A stretch of 63,784 bases of DNA, counting the filler, from Octopus bimaculoides (Eukaryota), in assembly GCF_001194135.2 (NCBI RefSeq). It is 5 parts of 4 records of this genome, joined end to end, with 100 filler letters (N's around TTAATTAATTAA, not from the genome) between each part and the next. Parts side by side here need not be neighbours in the genome. Positions count along the whole stretch, not along the records: positions 37,596 to 52,574 come from NC_068986.1; 4 more parts are not named here. The stretch is one strand, 5' to 3'. The translations under genes and the position numbers were made by a program. Numbering within the stretch: position 1 is the stretch's first letter; each line of letters starts with the position of its first letter. Positions 37,596 through 49,586 of the stretch are shown here, piece by piece. A model generated the notes under the pieces. That model made no database searches. It saw only the letters and a list, made by a program, of their open reading frames with translations, and was not told where the DNA came from.

Positions 37596-37866
37596 TTTCT
37601 GCCAGCTCGCCCCCCTTACTTACCCTACAATATTGTTTTCTACTCTAGGCACAAGGCCCGAAACTTTTAGGGAGGGAGTCAGTCGATTAGATTGACCCCA
37701 GTACGCAACTGGTACTTAATTTAACAACCCCGAAAGGATGAAAGGCAAAGTCGACCTCGGCAGAATTTGAACCCAGAGCGTAAAGACCGATGAAATACCA
37801 CTAAGCATTTCACCCGGCATGCTAACATTTCTGCCAGCTCGCCCCCCTTACTTACCCTACAATATT
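37596..37866 (-). mobile_element. SINE family A in a 232-bp tandem duplication truncated by the join
   Basis: Exact 39-nt repeat at 37596-37634 and 37828-37866 covering the SINE head and unique flank. Confidence 0.8.
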
Positions 37867-38009
37867 ATTCTAAAAATAAACAATCACATCATTGAAATTT
37901 CAAAGCTACAAGGTAATACAGTCCAAATCCTTTTGAATAAATAAGCAGGACATTTGACAGAGAAACCTGAAAGCTGAAGGGTTAAAATATTTCCTTGAAT
38001 TAAAATCAA

Positions 38010-38376
38010 GTACTCTTTTACTCTTTTACTGGTTTCAGTCTTTTGACTGTGGCCATGCTGGAGCACCACCTTTAGACGAGCAAATCAACTCCAGGACTTA
38101 TTTTTTGTAAGTCCTAGTACTTATTCTATCGGTGTCTTTTGCTGAACCACTAAGTTATGGGGATGTAAACACACCAGCATCGGTTGTCAAGCGATGTTGG
38201 GGGGACAAACACAGGTACGCAAACATATACACACACATACATACATATATACGACGGGCTTCTTTCAGTTTCCGCCTACCAAATCCACTCACAAGGCTTT
38301 GGTCGGCCCGAGGCTATAGTAGAAGACACCTGCCCAAGATGCCACGTAGTGGGACTGAACCCGGAACCATGTGGTT
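38010..38376 (-). mobile_element. SINE family B, 5'-truncated
   Basis: High similarity to 39858-40268. Confidence 0.85.
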
Positions 38377-39068
38377 GATTCACATATTTTACATCTTGTA
38401 GTGAATTATGCTTTTGTGATAATTACAAAATGTAGCCTTCCTTCAAATTAGCCACCCACCCCCTTTTTTTAATTAAAAAACTAGGGGCCACTTATCTAGA
38501 GTGTCCTATTTTAAGTTAATGTTTGTAGTTTGGGGGAAGATTTGGCTGCTGTTTCTAATAGGTCAAGCCACTGCACAGATTGACAGGTGATGATAGAGGG
38601 TGGTGGGTCATGGAGATATTAGTCAGAGCAAGAGACCCAAGGTGGATGTATTTTCATTAAATATGTAACAAGGTACATGTTTTGTAAATACTAAAAAAAA
38701 AAAAAAAAAAGAAATATTCACTTATTGTTGTTGGTCTTTTTGTTATTGTTGCTGGTGGTGCTGTCACATTCTTCATATTCTCAATAATGGTCCTCCAACA
38801 CTGGTGGGGGGAGAGGTGTCAGAGTCGGGGGGGAAGGGATGAGGGATGCAATGATAGAACTGGTGATGGTGATGATGATGATGAAGATGACAACAGTGAG
38901 TGTAGGTGATGATGATGACAACAGGGGTATAGTGGTGGTGGTGGTGGTGGTGTTGTGACAGGTATAAGGTCGAGATGGAACGGTAAACACTTCTCACACA
39001 CAATACTCTCTTATGTTGTTTTTTTTTTATATTTTTTATTTCATTTCATTCTCTGTCTGCCCTTGCAG

Positions 39069-39173
39069 ATGACTGAAATACATAACAATGTTTATTGTCT
39101 TGGAATGACCCGGAGACACAAACCCCCAAAAATTTCTCTTACACACAATAGGAGATGTTTCCAGGTTTCATAG
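39069..39173 (+). CDS. Possible phase-0 exon (MTEIHNNVYCLGMTRRHKPPKISLTHNRRCFQVS*), perhaps of the same plus-strand gene
   Basis: Very strong acceptor (TTTCATTCTCTGTCTGCCCTTGCAG) and only frame 0 is open. Phase fits the 21368 donor, but it lies across two assembly joins and has no good donor. Confidence 0.3.
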   Translation: MTEIHNNVYCLGMTRRHKPPKISLTHNRRCFQVS

Positions 39174-39857
39174 CAAATCTTGTCTTTGGCCTGACCCCCC
39201 AAGCCCTACCAAGCCCTACCTAACTCTGCCTAATTCAGCCAAGCTTGCCATCATCTACCTCCACCCTGCACTATTAAGCAATCTCTGTTATATTCAATAG
39301 TACTAAGACAAATGAGACTAATTGATCTGCTAGGTATAGCAGCTAAAATTTTATTTAAGTACATCCTACCATCTCAAAATAGAAAGAGCACATTAGATAA
39401 TATAGACCCAGATGGACTATGTCTAAAAAAATGGGATTGTATGTGAAGGAATAGTACAGGAAGTGTGAGCTAATCTGAGAGAGAGAGAGAGGAGGAGGGG
39501 GAGAGATGTAATTTGGATAACTTTTGCTCAGAACGGAGTCTGGTAGGCCCAGACTCAGCTCTGAGTAATTTCAATAATAATAAACCCAATATTTAGTTGG
39601 GTTTTTTTATTTTTAATAGTGTGTATTAGTCGGAATGGTGTCCTCATCTTGATTGTTGCTTTTACTACATTTCAGCTGTGTATGCTCCAGCCTTATTCCA
39701 GACATGACCATCCTGTTATCTTTGGAATACCATGGACCATATCATTAGCCAGTGTGTCCCTTCTATTTTGGAGACAGTAGGGTGTGATATGAGGGAGATT
39801 TGTCTGCTATTTTTATCTGTAAAGACTCCCTTGTTGGCCTGGTGTTATTTTAAGCAG

Positions 39858-40268
39858 TGGTTGGCCTACAATGCTGGAGCACTGCCTTTAGTCGAGTTAA
39901 TCGATCCCAGGACTTATTCTGTGTAAGCCTAGTACTTATTCTATCAGTCTCTTTTGCCGGACCACTAAGTTATGGGGATGTAAACACACCAGCATCGGTT
40001 GTCAAGTGATGTTGGGGGGACAAACACAGACACACAAACATACACACACACACACATATATATGTCTGTCTGTATATATATATATATATATACACACATA
40101 TATATATGACAGGCTTCTTTCAGTTTCCATCTACCAAATCCACTCACAAGGCTTTGGTTGGCCGAGGCTATAGTAGAAGACACTTGCCCAAGGTGCCACG
40201 CAGTGGGACTGAACCCGGAACCATGTGGTTCGTAAGCAAGCTACTTACCACACAGCCACTCCTATGCC
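39858..40268 (-). mobile_element. Full-length SINE family B
   Basis: Head GGAGTGGCTGTGTGGTAAG ... GGGTTCAGTCCC (A/B-box-like), internal CA/TA repeat, tail GTGCTCCAGCAT. Partial copies at 6672-6820, 7765-7880, 25920-26100 and 43021-43190. Confidence 0.88.
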
Positions 40269-40865
40269 TATTTATATTTAATACACATGTTTAATTCATA
40301 CATAATCTATACATATAAATTTAACATGGGCAATTCTTTCATGTCTTGGGATTCATGGTCAAACGGCTGGGTGGAATTGCGTGAAAAAATACACAGATGT
40401 GTAGAATGATACGGTGGTAATTCTGGGCTTTGTATTTTTTTCATAGCTCCCATGGTTACCAAGAAAATCTACTATAATAATACTCTTGTGTTTATGAATG
40501 AGAAAGGAAGGGGTGATGGATGAATAAGGAAGGAAGGGGTGAGCATTTCAACTCAGTGTGAATATGTGTGTGTATATGTAAAAGCGGAGTATGTGAATGA
40601 GTGTGTGTGTGTGTGTGTGCACAATGGAAGTGGGATGGTTCATCTTGGTTCGCTTAGAATTTGGGTTTATTTTTTGATTTTGTTGAATCTTGGTTGTTTT
40701 TTTTTTGTTGTTGGTCAGTTATTTTTAGCGTTTTGACAGAAAAAAAAGTCATTCTAAAATTGTTTTTTAACGTAAGCGTGCCCAAACAAGTCGAATGCTT
40801 ACACAGAGCAGGTTTTACAGCCACATTATCCAAACCAACTAGGTGAAACCCGGGCTTAGCTGCCA

Positions 40866-40921
<56 letters not shown>

Positions 40922-41224
40922 AAATATAGATGTATGTATATATTCAGTACACTTTGCTTTAATCCATTTGGTTATTGATCATCATTTGTTATCTTATGCC
41001 TGGTTGTGTATATTTAGATTTGAACTAATAACCCTAATTTCTAAGCTATTTCTAAGCGTAATAACACCCTTACTTACTTTACCAAGGTCACTGACATAAT
41101 ACAACACAAAAATAATGCTACTTGTCACTCAAAATACAAAGTGTGACAGAAAGACCACCCATTCGTGCCACGCTAGCGAAGACATTTTGCCAGGTACAAC
41201 ATCACAACCATAATGATAATAATG

Positions 41225-41435
41225 CTTTCTACTAAAGGTACAAGGCCTGAAACTTGGAGTAGGGGACTAGTTGATTACATCGACCCCCAGTGTTTCACTG
41301 GTACTTAATTTATCAACCCCACAAGGATGAAAGGAAAAGTCGACCTCAGCAGAATTTGAACTCAGAACGTGCAAACAGACGAAATACTGCTAAGCATTTT
41401 GCCCAGCATGCTAACAATTCTGCCAGCTCACCACC
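41225..41435 (-). mobile_element. SINE family A
   Basis: Full body; AACCATAAT occurs on both sides (about 41207 and 41438), a possible TSD. Confidence 0.85.
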
Positions 41436-41441
41436 TTAACC

Positions 41442-41490
<49 letters not shown>

Positions 41491-41825
41491 GTAAAAGAAA
41501 TGGAAAAACTTTCAAAATACAAAGACCTGGAAATAGAGATAACTCGAATGTGGAGTCTAAAAACAGAAACAATTCCTATCATAGTAGGTGCCTTAGGTAT
41601 AATAAAAAAATATTCAGACAAATACATAACAAAAACACCAGGACTTACAAATATATATAACATACAGAAAATTGCACTACTGGGTACTGCACACATTCTA
41701 CGCAAAACACTTTCAATACAGTAAACATAAGAGCACCACAGCAAACCACAGCACATACCCAAGGCGCACAGAGCTGCGCTCGGTAGTAAAGTGAAAGCAC
41801 GTTATAAAAATAAAACTACTGAACA
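41491..41825 (+). mobile_element. 5'-truncated non-LTR retrotransposon with restriction-like endonuclease C-terminus (R4/Dong- or HERO-like)
   Basis: Open ORF end EKLSKYKDLEIEITRMWSLKTETIPIIVGALG...IQKIALLGTAHILRK (K..KY..L motif), stop at 41724, 3' UTR of about 100 nt, (TAA)n on both sides. Confidence 0.8.
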
Positions 41826-43604
41826 ATAATAATAATAATAACAGTTTGTGATTTAGGCACAAGTCAGCAATTTGGAGGGGACGAGCAGTACTTGATCCCA
41901 TCAACCCAAATACTTTATTGGTACTTGATTTTATCTCCCCGGTAGAATGCAAAGCCAACCTTGGAGGGACTTGAACCCAGAATGTAAAGAGCCATGACCA
42001 AAATGTGGAAGGCATTTTATGCAATGTTCTTGTTCTTGTTCTTGTTGTTCTTTTAACCCCATTTAAGTCCTGACCAAGCAGATCGATAAGGAAAATATTT
42101 TGTGAACATCCATTTTCTTTACAGGCATTGACTATCTAGGAATACATTATCTAATGAGCCAGTCATAGAATATCTACGACTATAAGACTACCTTGATCAT
42201 ACATATTTTGAACACTGAATACCTAGGACAACATCTAGTGTGTTTATGCTGAGACCATGGTGCATCTAGGACTACACTATTCAATGAGTTCTTCTTTTCC
42301 TAAGACAATAAGGTGGTATTTCAGAGAGATTTGTAGGAATGGGTGTGTTACTCTTAATGCTACCAGTAAACATGTAGCCCAGGACAACTTGCCACATGGT
42401 TGCACCATTGGAAACTACACTGGCAACCCTACCGAGTCTACTTGGTAAAGATAGAGACACTCGTAGGACATATGAGAAACAAAACCTGTCAAAGGACAGA
42501 TGAACTCTGTTGAATCAACACCCACTTGACAGCTGTGCACAATAAACCCAACAGGAGTGAGGGACCCCTGACTGTTACAGGATCCTTCATGGAGAAGGAG
42601 ACTGATGTAAAACCTGCAGTTTCCCATGATTGCTAGTCATCTCACTTCAGCCTGTCACTCGGCACTAATCACAGAGATTTAGAGAGAGGGTACTCATGTT
42701 GTACAAGCGCTTACCAACATAATCCAATGACGTACAGATGTTTCTTTATGGTGACCTCATTTGCCATTTGTCATGCGACCTACTGAAACCCTATGGTGAT
42801 GGAAGAGTAACGATGTGTGCAGACCTAACCAGTAGGCCATGCGGATCTGCAGGAGGAATAACCATCTGAGATGGTCACGGACCGAAAGTCAGAAATGTCA
42901 ATGAGAATGAGGAAGCCGAAGAGACAGCAATCACATATGTAAGTACATACATACATATATATACATATATATATACATACATATATACATACATACATAC
43001 ATACATACATACATACATACAGGAGTGGCTGTGTGGTAAGTAGCTTGCTTAACAACCACATGGTTTCAGGTTCAGTCCCACTGCATGGCACTTTGGGCAA
43101 GTGTCTTCTACTATAGCCTTAGGCCGAACAAAGCCTTGTAAGTGGATTTAGTAGATGGAAACTGAAAGAAGCCTATCATATATATACATATANNNNNNNN
43201 NNNNNNNNNNNNNNNNNNNNNNNNNNNNNNNNNNNNNNNNNNNNNNNNNNNNNNNNNNNNNNNNNNNNNNNNNNNNNNNNNNNNNNNNNNNNNNNNNNNN
43301 NNNNNNNNNNNNNNNNNNNNNNNNNNNNNNNNNNNNNNNNNNNNNNNNNNNNNNNNNNNNNNNNNNNNNNNNNNNNNNNNNNNNNNNNNNNNNNNNNNNN
43401 NNNNNNNNNNNNNNNNNNNNNNNNNNNNNNNNNNNNNNNNNNNNNNNNNNATATATATATAATCAAGTAAATCTATAGAAAGTTCAACTATAAGGTAACC
43501 ATATAAACTCCCTGTGTTAGATTGAGGACTTTTTCTATATATGCTATCAGTTAATGGTTTTATAGCCATTATCTCAACAGGTATTTCTAATTGGTATATC
43601 TTTA

Positions 43605-43693
43605 CTACCCCTGAAGAGCTTCATCTTACAAGGATCTTAATTTTATAAATTAATTATCTAAAGATTTCTGAATCGAAACAGCTGTCAGAGCAG
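43605..43693 (+). ncRNA. Hammerhead-like motif, intact core, weak helix I
   Basis: CTACCC-CTGAAGA(43611)-GCTTCA...TGAATC-GAAACAGCTGTC(43675-43686)-AGAGCAG. Confidence 0.5.
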
Positions 43694-43747
43694 AGATGTC
43701 ATATTTTATAATTAATAAATAATTTTATCAACTACCTCTTCATTCTT

Positions 43748-43784
<37 letters not shown>

Positions 43785-44653
43785 TCGTTGGTATCAGTGC
43801 CAAGTAGTGTTTTGGCATAAGTGAACTTTAAATTAGTTAAGACCTTGTTTGTGACATATTTCAATGCCTAAAGATAAATTCAATGCAGTTACTGTGAAGA
43901 AGAAATTCTCTTTATGGTAAAAGGTGTAAAAACACCATGTGTGTGTGTGTGTGTTTCTGTATGCATGTGTATATGTATGTATATGTAATATTTGTTGACT
44001 GTGTATCATAAGAACGAAACCACTGAATGTGAACAGAATGGTGATAGAAGTTGAAATTTGAGAAAATAAATTGAAAAAGAAATATATATAAGAAAAATAA
44101 AATACATAACAAAATACATAAAGCAAAGAGCAGAAGAAAATCAAAAGGTAAAAATAAAGGTGGGAAGGGTTTAATTTATTTTTAGACATGATCTGGCAGG
44201 TATGATATAGGTCAGAGATGATCCTGAATAGGGTTATTAATTACTGCAAATTAAAAGACTTTAACGACGAGACTCACATAAAAGATGACTAACTTGCTTA
44301 CCAACTCACATCATTGTTAGTTCGAGGGGTGGGTGGCTGGGTTTATTACTTACAATGATTTCAAAAACTTATCAAGAAAGGGTTCCTCCTATTCCAAGAT
44401 CCTGTGTCGGCTAAACACCAATGGATGTTTGCTTAAAGGTAGGTAAACAAAAAAAAAAGGTGGCTTCTAAGTTACACACAAGTCATGCATGAATGCACTC
44501 TGTGTGTGTGTTCAAGTAAGTCCATCTTCACCCGCAAAAACAAAAAAATAAATAAATAAAGTAAAATGCTTCGCAATTCCTCCTCCCCATTTTACAATAA
44601 TTATTTTGTTTTATTTCTGTGAAATACAATTCAAATCTGCCTCATTTGAGAAA

Positions 44654-44696
<43 letters not shown>

Positions 44697-45382
44697 NNNN
44701 NNNNNNNNNNNNNNNNNNNNNNNNNNNNNNNNNNNNNNNNNNNNNNNNNNNNNNNNNNNNNNNNNNNNNNNNNNNNNNNNNNNNNNNNNNNNNNNNNNNN
44801 NNNNNNNNNNNNNNNNNNNNNNNNNNNNNNNNNNNNNNNNNNNNNNNNNNNNNNNNNNNNNNNNNNNNNNNNNNNNNNNNNNNNNNNNNNNNNNNNNNNN
44901 NNNNNNNNNNNNNNNNNNNNNNNNNNNNNNNNNNNNNNNNNNNNNNNNNNNNNNNNNNNNNNNNNNNNNNNNNNNNNNNNNNNNNNNNNNNNNNNNNNNN
45001 NNNNNNNNNNNNNNNNNNNNNNNNNNNNNNNNNNNNNNNNNNNNNNNNNNNNNNNNNNNNNNNNNNNNNNNNNNNNNNNNNNNNNNNNNNNNNNNNNNNN
45101 NNNNNNNNNNNNNNNNNNNNNNNNNNNNNNNNNNNNNNNNNNNNNNNNNNNNNNNNNNNNNNNNNNNNNNNNNNNNNNNNNNNNNNNNNNNNNNNNNNNN
45201 NNNNNNNNNNNNNNNNNNNNNNNNNNNNNNNNNNNNNNNNNNNNNNNNNNNNNNNNNNNNNNNNNNNNNNNNNNNNNNNNNNNNNNNNNNNNNNNNNNNN
45301 NNNNNNNNNNNNNNNNNNNNNNNNNNNNNNNNNNNNNNNNNNNNNNNNNNNNNNNNNNNNNNNNNNNNNNNNNNNNNNNNNN

Positions 45383-45433
<51 letters not shown>

Positions 45434-45859
45434 TATAAAGCACCCATGCTGGCACCACATAAGAAGCACCTGTACTGGCGCCACGTAAAAAGGTCCCATG
45501 CTGGTCCCACATGAAAAGCACCCAGCCATAGAAACCATGTTGAAAACAGACAACTGGAGCCTGATGCAGCTCTCTGGGTTGCCAGCACCTGTCAAAGTGT
45601 CCAACCCATGCTAGCATGGCAAATGGATATGAAATGATGTTCATATATATGTATCCACACACACACACACATATATAAATGTTTTCTATGTCAAGTTTTA
45701 TATAAAAACATTTTAACATTAAACCGAAGGATTACTCAATACTTATAGAGTACTAGAGTACATACTCTAGTACTCTAATATGTACTAGAGTACGTACTTA
45801 TTAAACTATTAGAAGGACACTAACTACAAATTGTTCACTTGTAGCACACACACACATAT

Positions 45860-46020
45860 CTATCTACCTATTTACCTACCTACCTACCTACCTACGTACC
45901 TATCTATCTATCTATCTACCTACCTACTTATTTACCTATCTACTTACCTACCTATCTATCTCCCTATTTACCTATCTATCTCCCTATTTACCTACCTATC
46001 TACCTACTTATTTACCTACA
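45860..46020. repeat. (CTAC/TATC)n compound microsatellite
   Basis: Directly visible. Confidence 0.9.
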
Positions 46021-46230
46021 CGATCCCTATTGATCGGCCTTTCCTTTTCTTTTTTTTTCGATCCCTTTTGATCGAACTGCCCCTTTTTCCCTTCCTACGA
46101 TCCCTTTTGATCGACACCACCATTTTTTTTTTTTTTTTTTTTTTTTTCCTTCCTTCCCCCTCCCAAAAAGAAAAGCTCTACATTGTATTTGTCCCATCTT
46201 CGTTGAGCCCTGTGTGGCTAATAAAAGAAA
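46021..46230 (+). mobile_element. 3' end of a LINE-like repeat ending GAGCCCTGTGTGGCTAATAAAAGAAA
   Basis: The same terminus recurs at 63749-63784 (-); AATAAA-containing end followed by (TATC)n. Clade not determinable. Confidence 0.55.
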
Positions 46231-46315
46231 TGTATCTATCTATCTATCTATCTACTTATCTATCTATCTACCTACCTATTTACCTATATAGATATATATA
46301 TATATATATACACAG

Positions 46316-46570
46316 TGCATGGCTTAGTGGTTAGGGTGCTGCACTCACGCTTGTGAGATCATGGGTTTGATTCCCAGACCAGGTGTTGCGTTGTGTTCTT
46401 GAGCAAAGCACTTCATTTCACGTTGCTCTGCAATCATATCGTCATCTGACATGTGGCACCCAGTTGCACCTGTGCAGGTAATGTCGATCTGATGGAGGGA
46501 GTGAGCTTATGTCTACACAAGCATTCGATCACTATAAAGAAATAAATGTGTGGTTGATCAGTAAGAAAAT
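46316..46570 (+). mobile_element. tRNA-headed SINE with CORE-like middle and a different tail
   Basis: GCATGGCTTAGTGGTTAGGG ... GGGTTTGATTCCC ... TTCTTGAGCAAAGCACTT. Related copy at 48555-48880 (-). Confidence 0.65.
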
Positions 46571-49500
46571 GTCAAACCCTCATACGTCGTCTAACAACGG
46601 GAGTGTCCATCATATATGTTCCAATATTTTGTTGTTACCAAGAGATTTTTTTCAAACGTTTCTTAAACAGAGGATCCATTTGCTAAATATTAATACATGA
46701 AGAAAGAGTCACAAGTTCAAGCTGTGCTTGGTCTTTGAACTTCCTGCTTGCACGTAAAGACCTGAGGCCTGTTTTAATTGCAGAGAGATGCTAGTCTCAT
46801 GGTCCATCATGATCCACCTTGGTGCTTTCTCTTAGTAATGATGACATGAACAACACTGGGATTTGAACCTCAAGGTGGAATTTGAACTCAGATTACAGAT
46901 GGCTGGAACTGTAACACTCTAAGAATTCTACCAATCTACTGCCTCAGATTCAAAATACTTTATTATTTACCTGCCATGAAAAACTGAAAGCTAAGTTGAC
47001 CTTGGTGTGCTGCAAGATATAGTGAAGTGCATCACTAAAAATGAAAGAATTAAAATAGCTATCTGTGTACCATACTAAATGTATATACACCATTGAAAGG
47101 CATGCTGCTGCGGTTTTTGCCTGAGAGAAAATCTCTTCATAGATAAGTTATGTTAAAAACACAATATATATTGTCTCATCTATGTTTCAGACAGATGAAT
47201 ACTCAGTATCAAATATGTCATAATAACTTAACTTTCATTACGAGTTAAGAGACGGTGAATTTAACCCTTTGAACCCCAGACACCAAGTTCCCAGAGTAAA
47301 AGAGCCCCCAAAAATTATTTTCCACCTAATATTGTTTTAGTATCACTAAAATGTGTTTTCTGTCTCTCATATTTAAATAAAATGCCAAATAGATGGCAAC
47401 ATTATCCTTATCACCTGTTTTCTAAAAAAATTTTTGTTTTATCGTCAATACTGGCACTTATGACACCAGCCAGACCAGCAGTTACTGTCTGGTTTTCCAA
47501 TGCAGAAAATACTGGCCAGTAAAGCGGCTGCTGGGGTATTTGTAAAAGGGTTAACAAAACAGGATAATGAAGGCACAACTATATGGTGGTTCAACTTGCT
47601 AGTAACAACAGTCAAATCACCCTCAAGTCTCACTCTGGTGTCTTATAAAAATAGGGACATGTTTAGATTATATTGTCCAAGATATACTTAGACAAGAGGA
47701 TTACAGCAAATATGGAGGAGCAGGGAGAGGCTAAATAACAAGAAGAAGAACCACAATTTACAATGTTAAATAAGAAAAGAAACACAAGAGATAATGTAAC
47801 CCTGGATAGCTTAGAGACATGATGGTCATGGCTGGAATGGTTTTGAGTATAGGTCTGCCTCGACCCAACATAGTTCAGGAGTAAACAACAGCACCAGAAA
47901 CAACAGCAACAACCATCAGAGACATTATTCATACAGTGAGGCATCGTATGAGGCTTAAAACGTCTCATTTATTTTGTTATTTGTTTTATTTTAATTTTAA
48001 ATTTTTATTTTATTTTATCTGTTTTATTTTTATTTTTAAAGTCAGAATATGAAATAGACTCTGGGAATAAGTAGGGCCAGGCAATCAAATATTAGCAGCC
48101 ATTAGCTAATTAATTAACACGTCAACTGTCACATGTACCATTGGTGGTTTGTCGTAAACTTCACACAACTGCCATATTGCACCACCAATGGTACATTTCC
48201 ATAGTTTGAGAAAATATTTCGTCCTGTATCTCTGACATGGTTTTGAGAATATTTAAATAACATGAAAGCTAAATATCAACTTTTAACTATGAAATGTTGT
48301 AAATATACAAAAAAATTACATTTTCTTGTAATTAAAAAATATACAGTGTGACTGGAAATATGTGAGGTCACTGGTAAGTTCCAGTAACAGCTGTGACAGT
48401 TAATGTAACAAATGTAACAGGTGAGAAAGTATGAAACTGAGGCATTTTACTGTAATGGAGGTGTGCTGGTTAAAAAGTTCCTGGAGTTCTGAATTTAATT
48501 CCTCCGCCTGGCACCTTGAGAAAGAATCTTCCATTATAGCCTTGTGTCAACCAAGTAAAGGCCCCATTTGGTCATGAATGACCATCGAATTGCACCTAGA
48601 AAGTTACCCTCTGAGGCACAAGTCCGGGTAAGGTTGTTTGTGGAAGACCAGCAGTTGCCCATGCATACCAGCCTCTCCTCTCCACACCACTGATGTTATC
48701 CAAGGGAACAGGTAAAGGCCATGATACAGTTTGGCACCTGTGATGTTGCGACTCATTTCTACAGTTGAGTGATTTGGAGCAACATGGAATGAAATATCTT
48801 GCTCAAGAATACAACACCCATCCTGGTCCGAGAATTGAACTCACTACCTCATGATTGTGAGCCCAACGTTCTAACTATTGAAATGGAAACTGAACTAGAA
48901 ACCTGTCAGATGAGCAGAACTGATTTAAGCCTCACCACCCAGGCCTTAGGTCCTTTCAGCAGAATCAAGTCTGTTGCAGGTTTTGGGATTAGGTCTCTGT
49001 TCTCAAGTTAAAAAAAAAGAAACTTGAAATCCTGTTCTGGTGATCCCACTCAATGAACCATGGTTCCTTATTCCTTTTCCCACTCACCTACCCATTGTCG
49101 TTAGGGACCCTACAAAAAAAGATGCAGGCTAAAACAAAACATCAAGGTTCTAAGATCACCTANNNNNNNNNNNNNNNNNNNNNNNNNNNNNNNNNNNNNN
49201 NNNNNNNNNNNNNNNNNNNNNNNNNNNNNNNNNNNNNNNNNNNNNNNNNNNNNNNNNNNNNNNNNNNNNNNNNNNNNNNNNNNNNNNNNNNNNNNNNNNN
49301 NNNNNNNNNNNNNNNNNNNNNNNNNNNNNNNNNNNNNNNNNNNNNNNNNNNNNNNNNNNNNNNNNNNNNNNAGTATTCCAAAAAGGTAAGATATTCCTCA
49401 GTATGACGAAGTAAAATTCCTTGAATATGAAATGGGGCTTGAATTAAACTGAAAGAGATAAAATATTTTTGTCAGATTTTCATTTTCACTATTGAGGTAA

Positions 49501-49586
49501 AAAAAAAATATATAAATATCTTTTGATAATGAAATAAAGGTTTGAAAGAAAACTATATATAAAATAGAATTTAAATAAAATTTCAA

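Noticed and set aside
42300-42930. Possible LINE coding remnant; similar hints at 50600-50730, 60200-60450 and 61148-62330
   Set aside because: Only faint motif resemblance; no family can be supported without a search.
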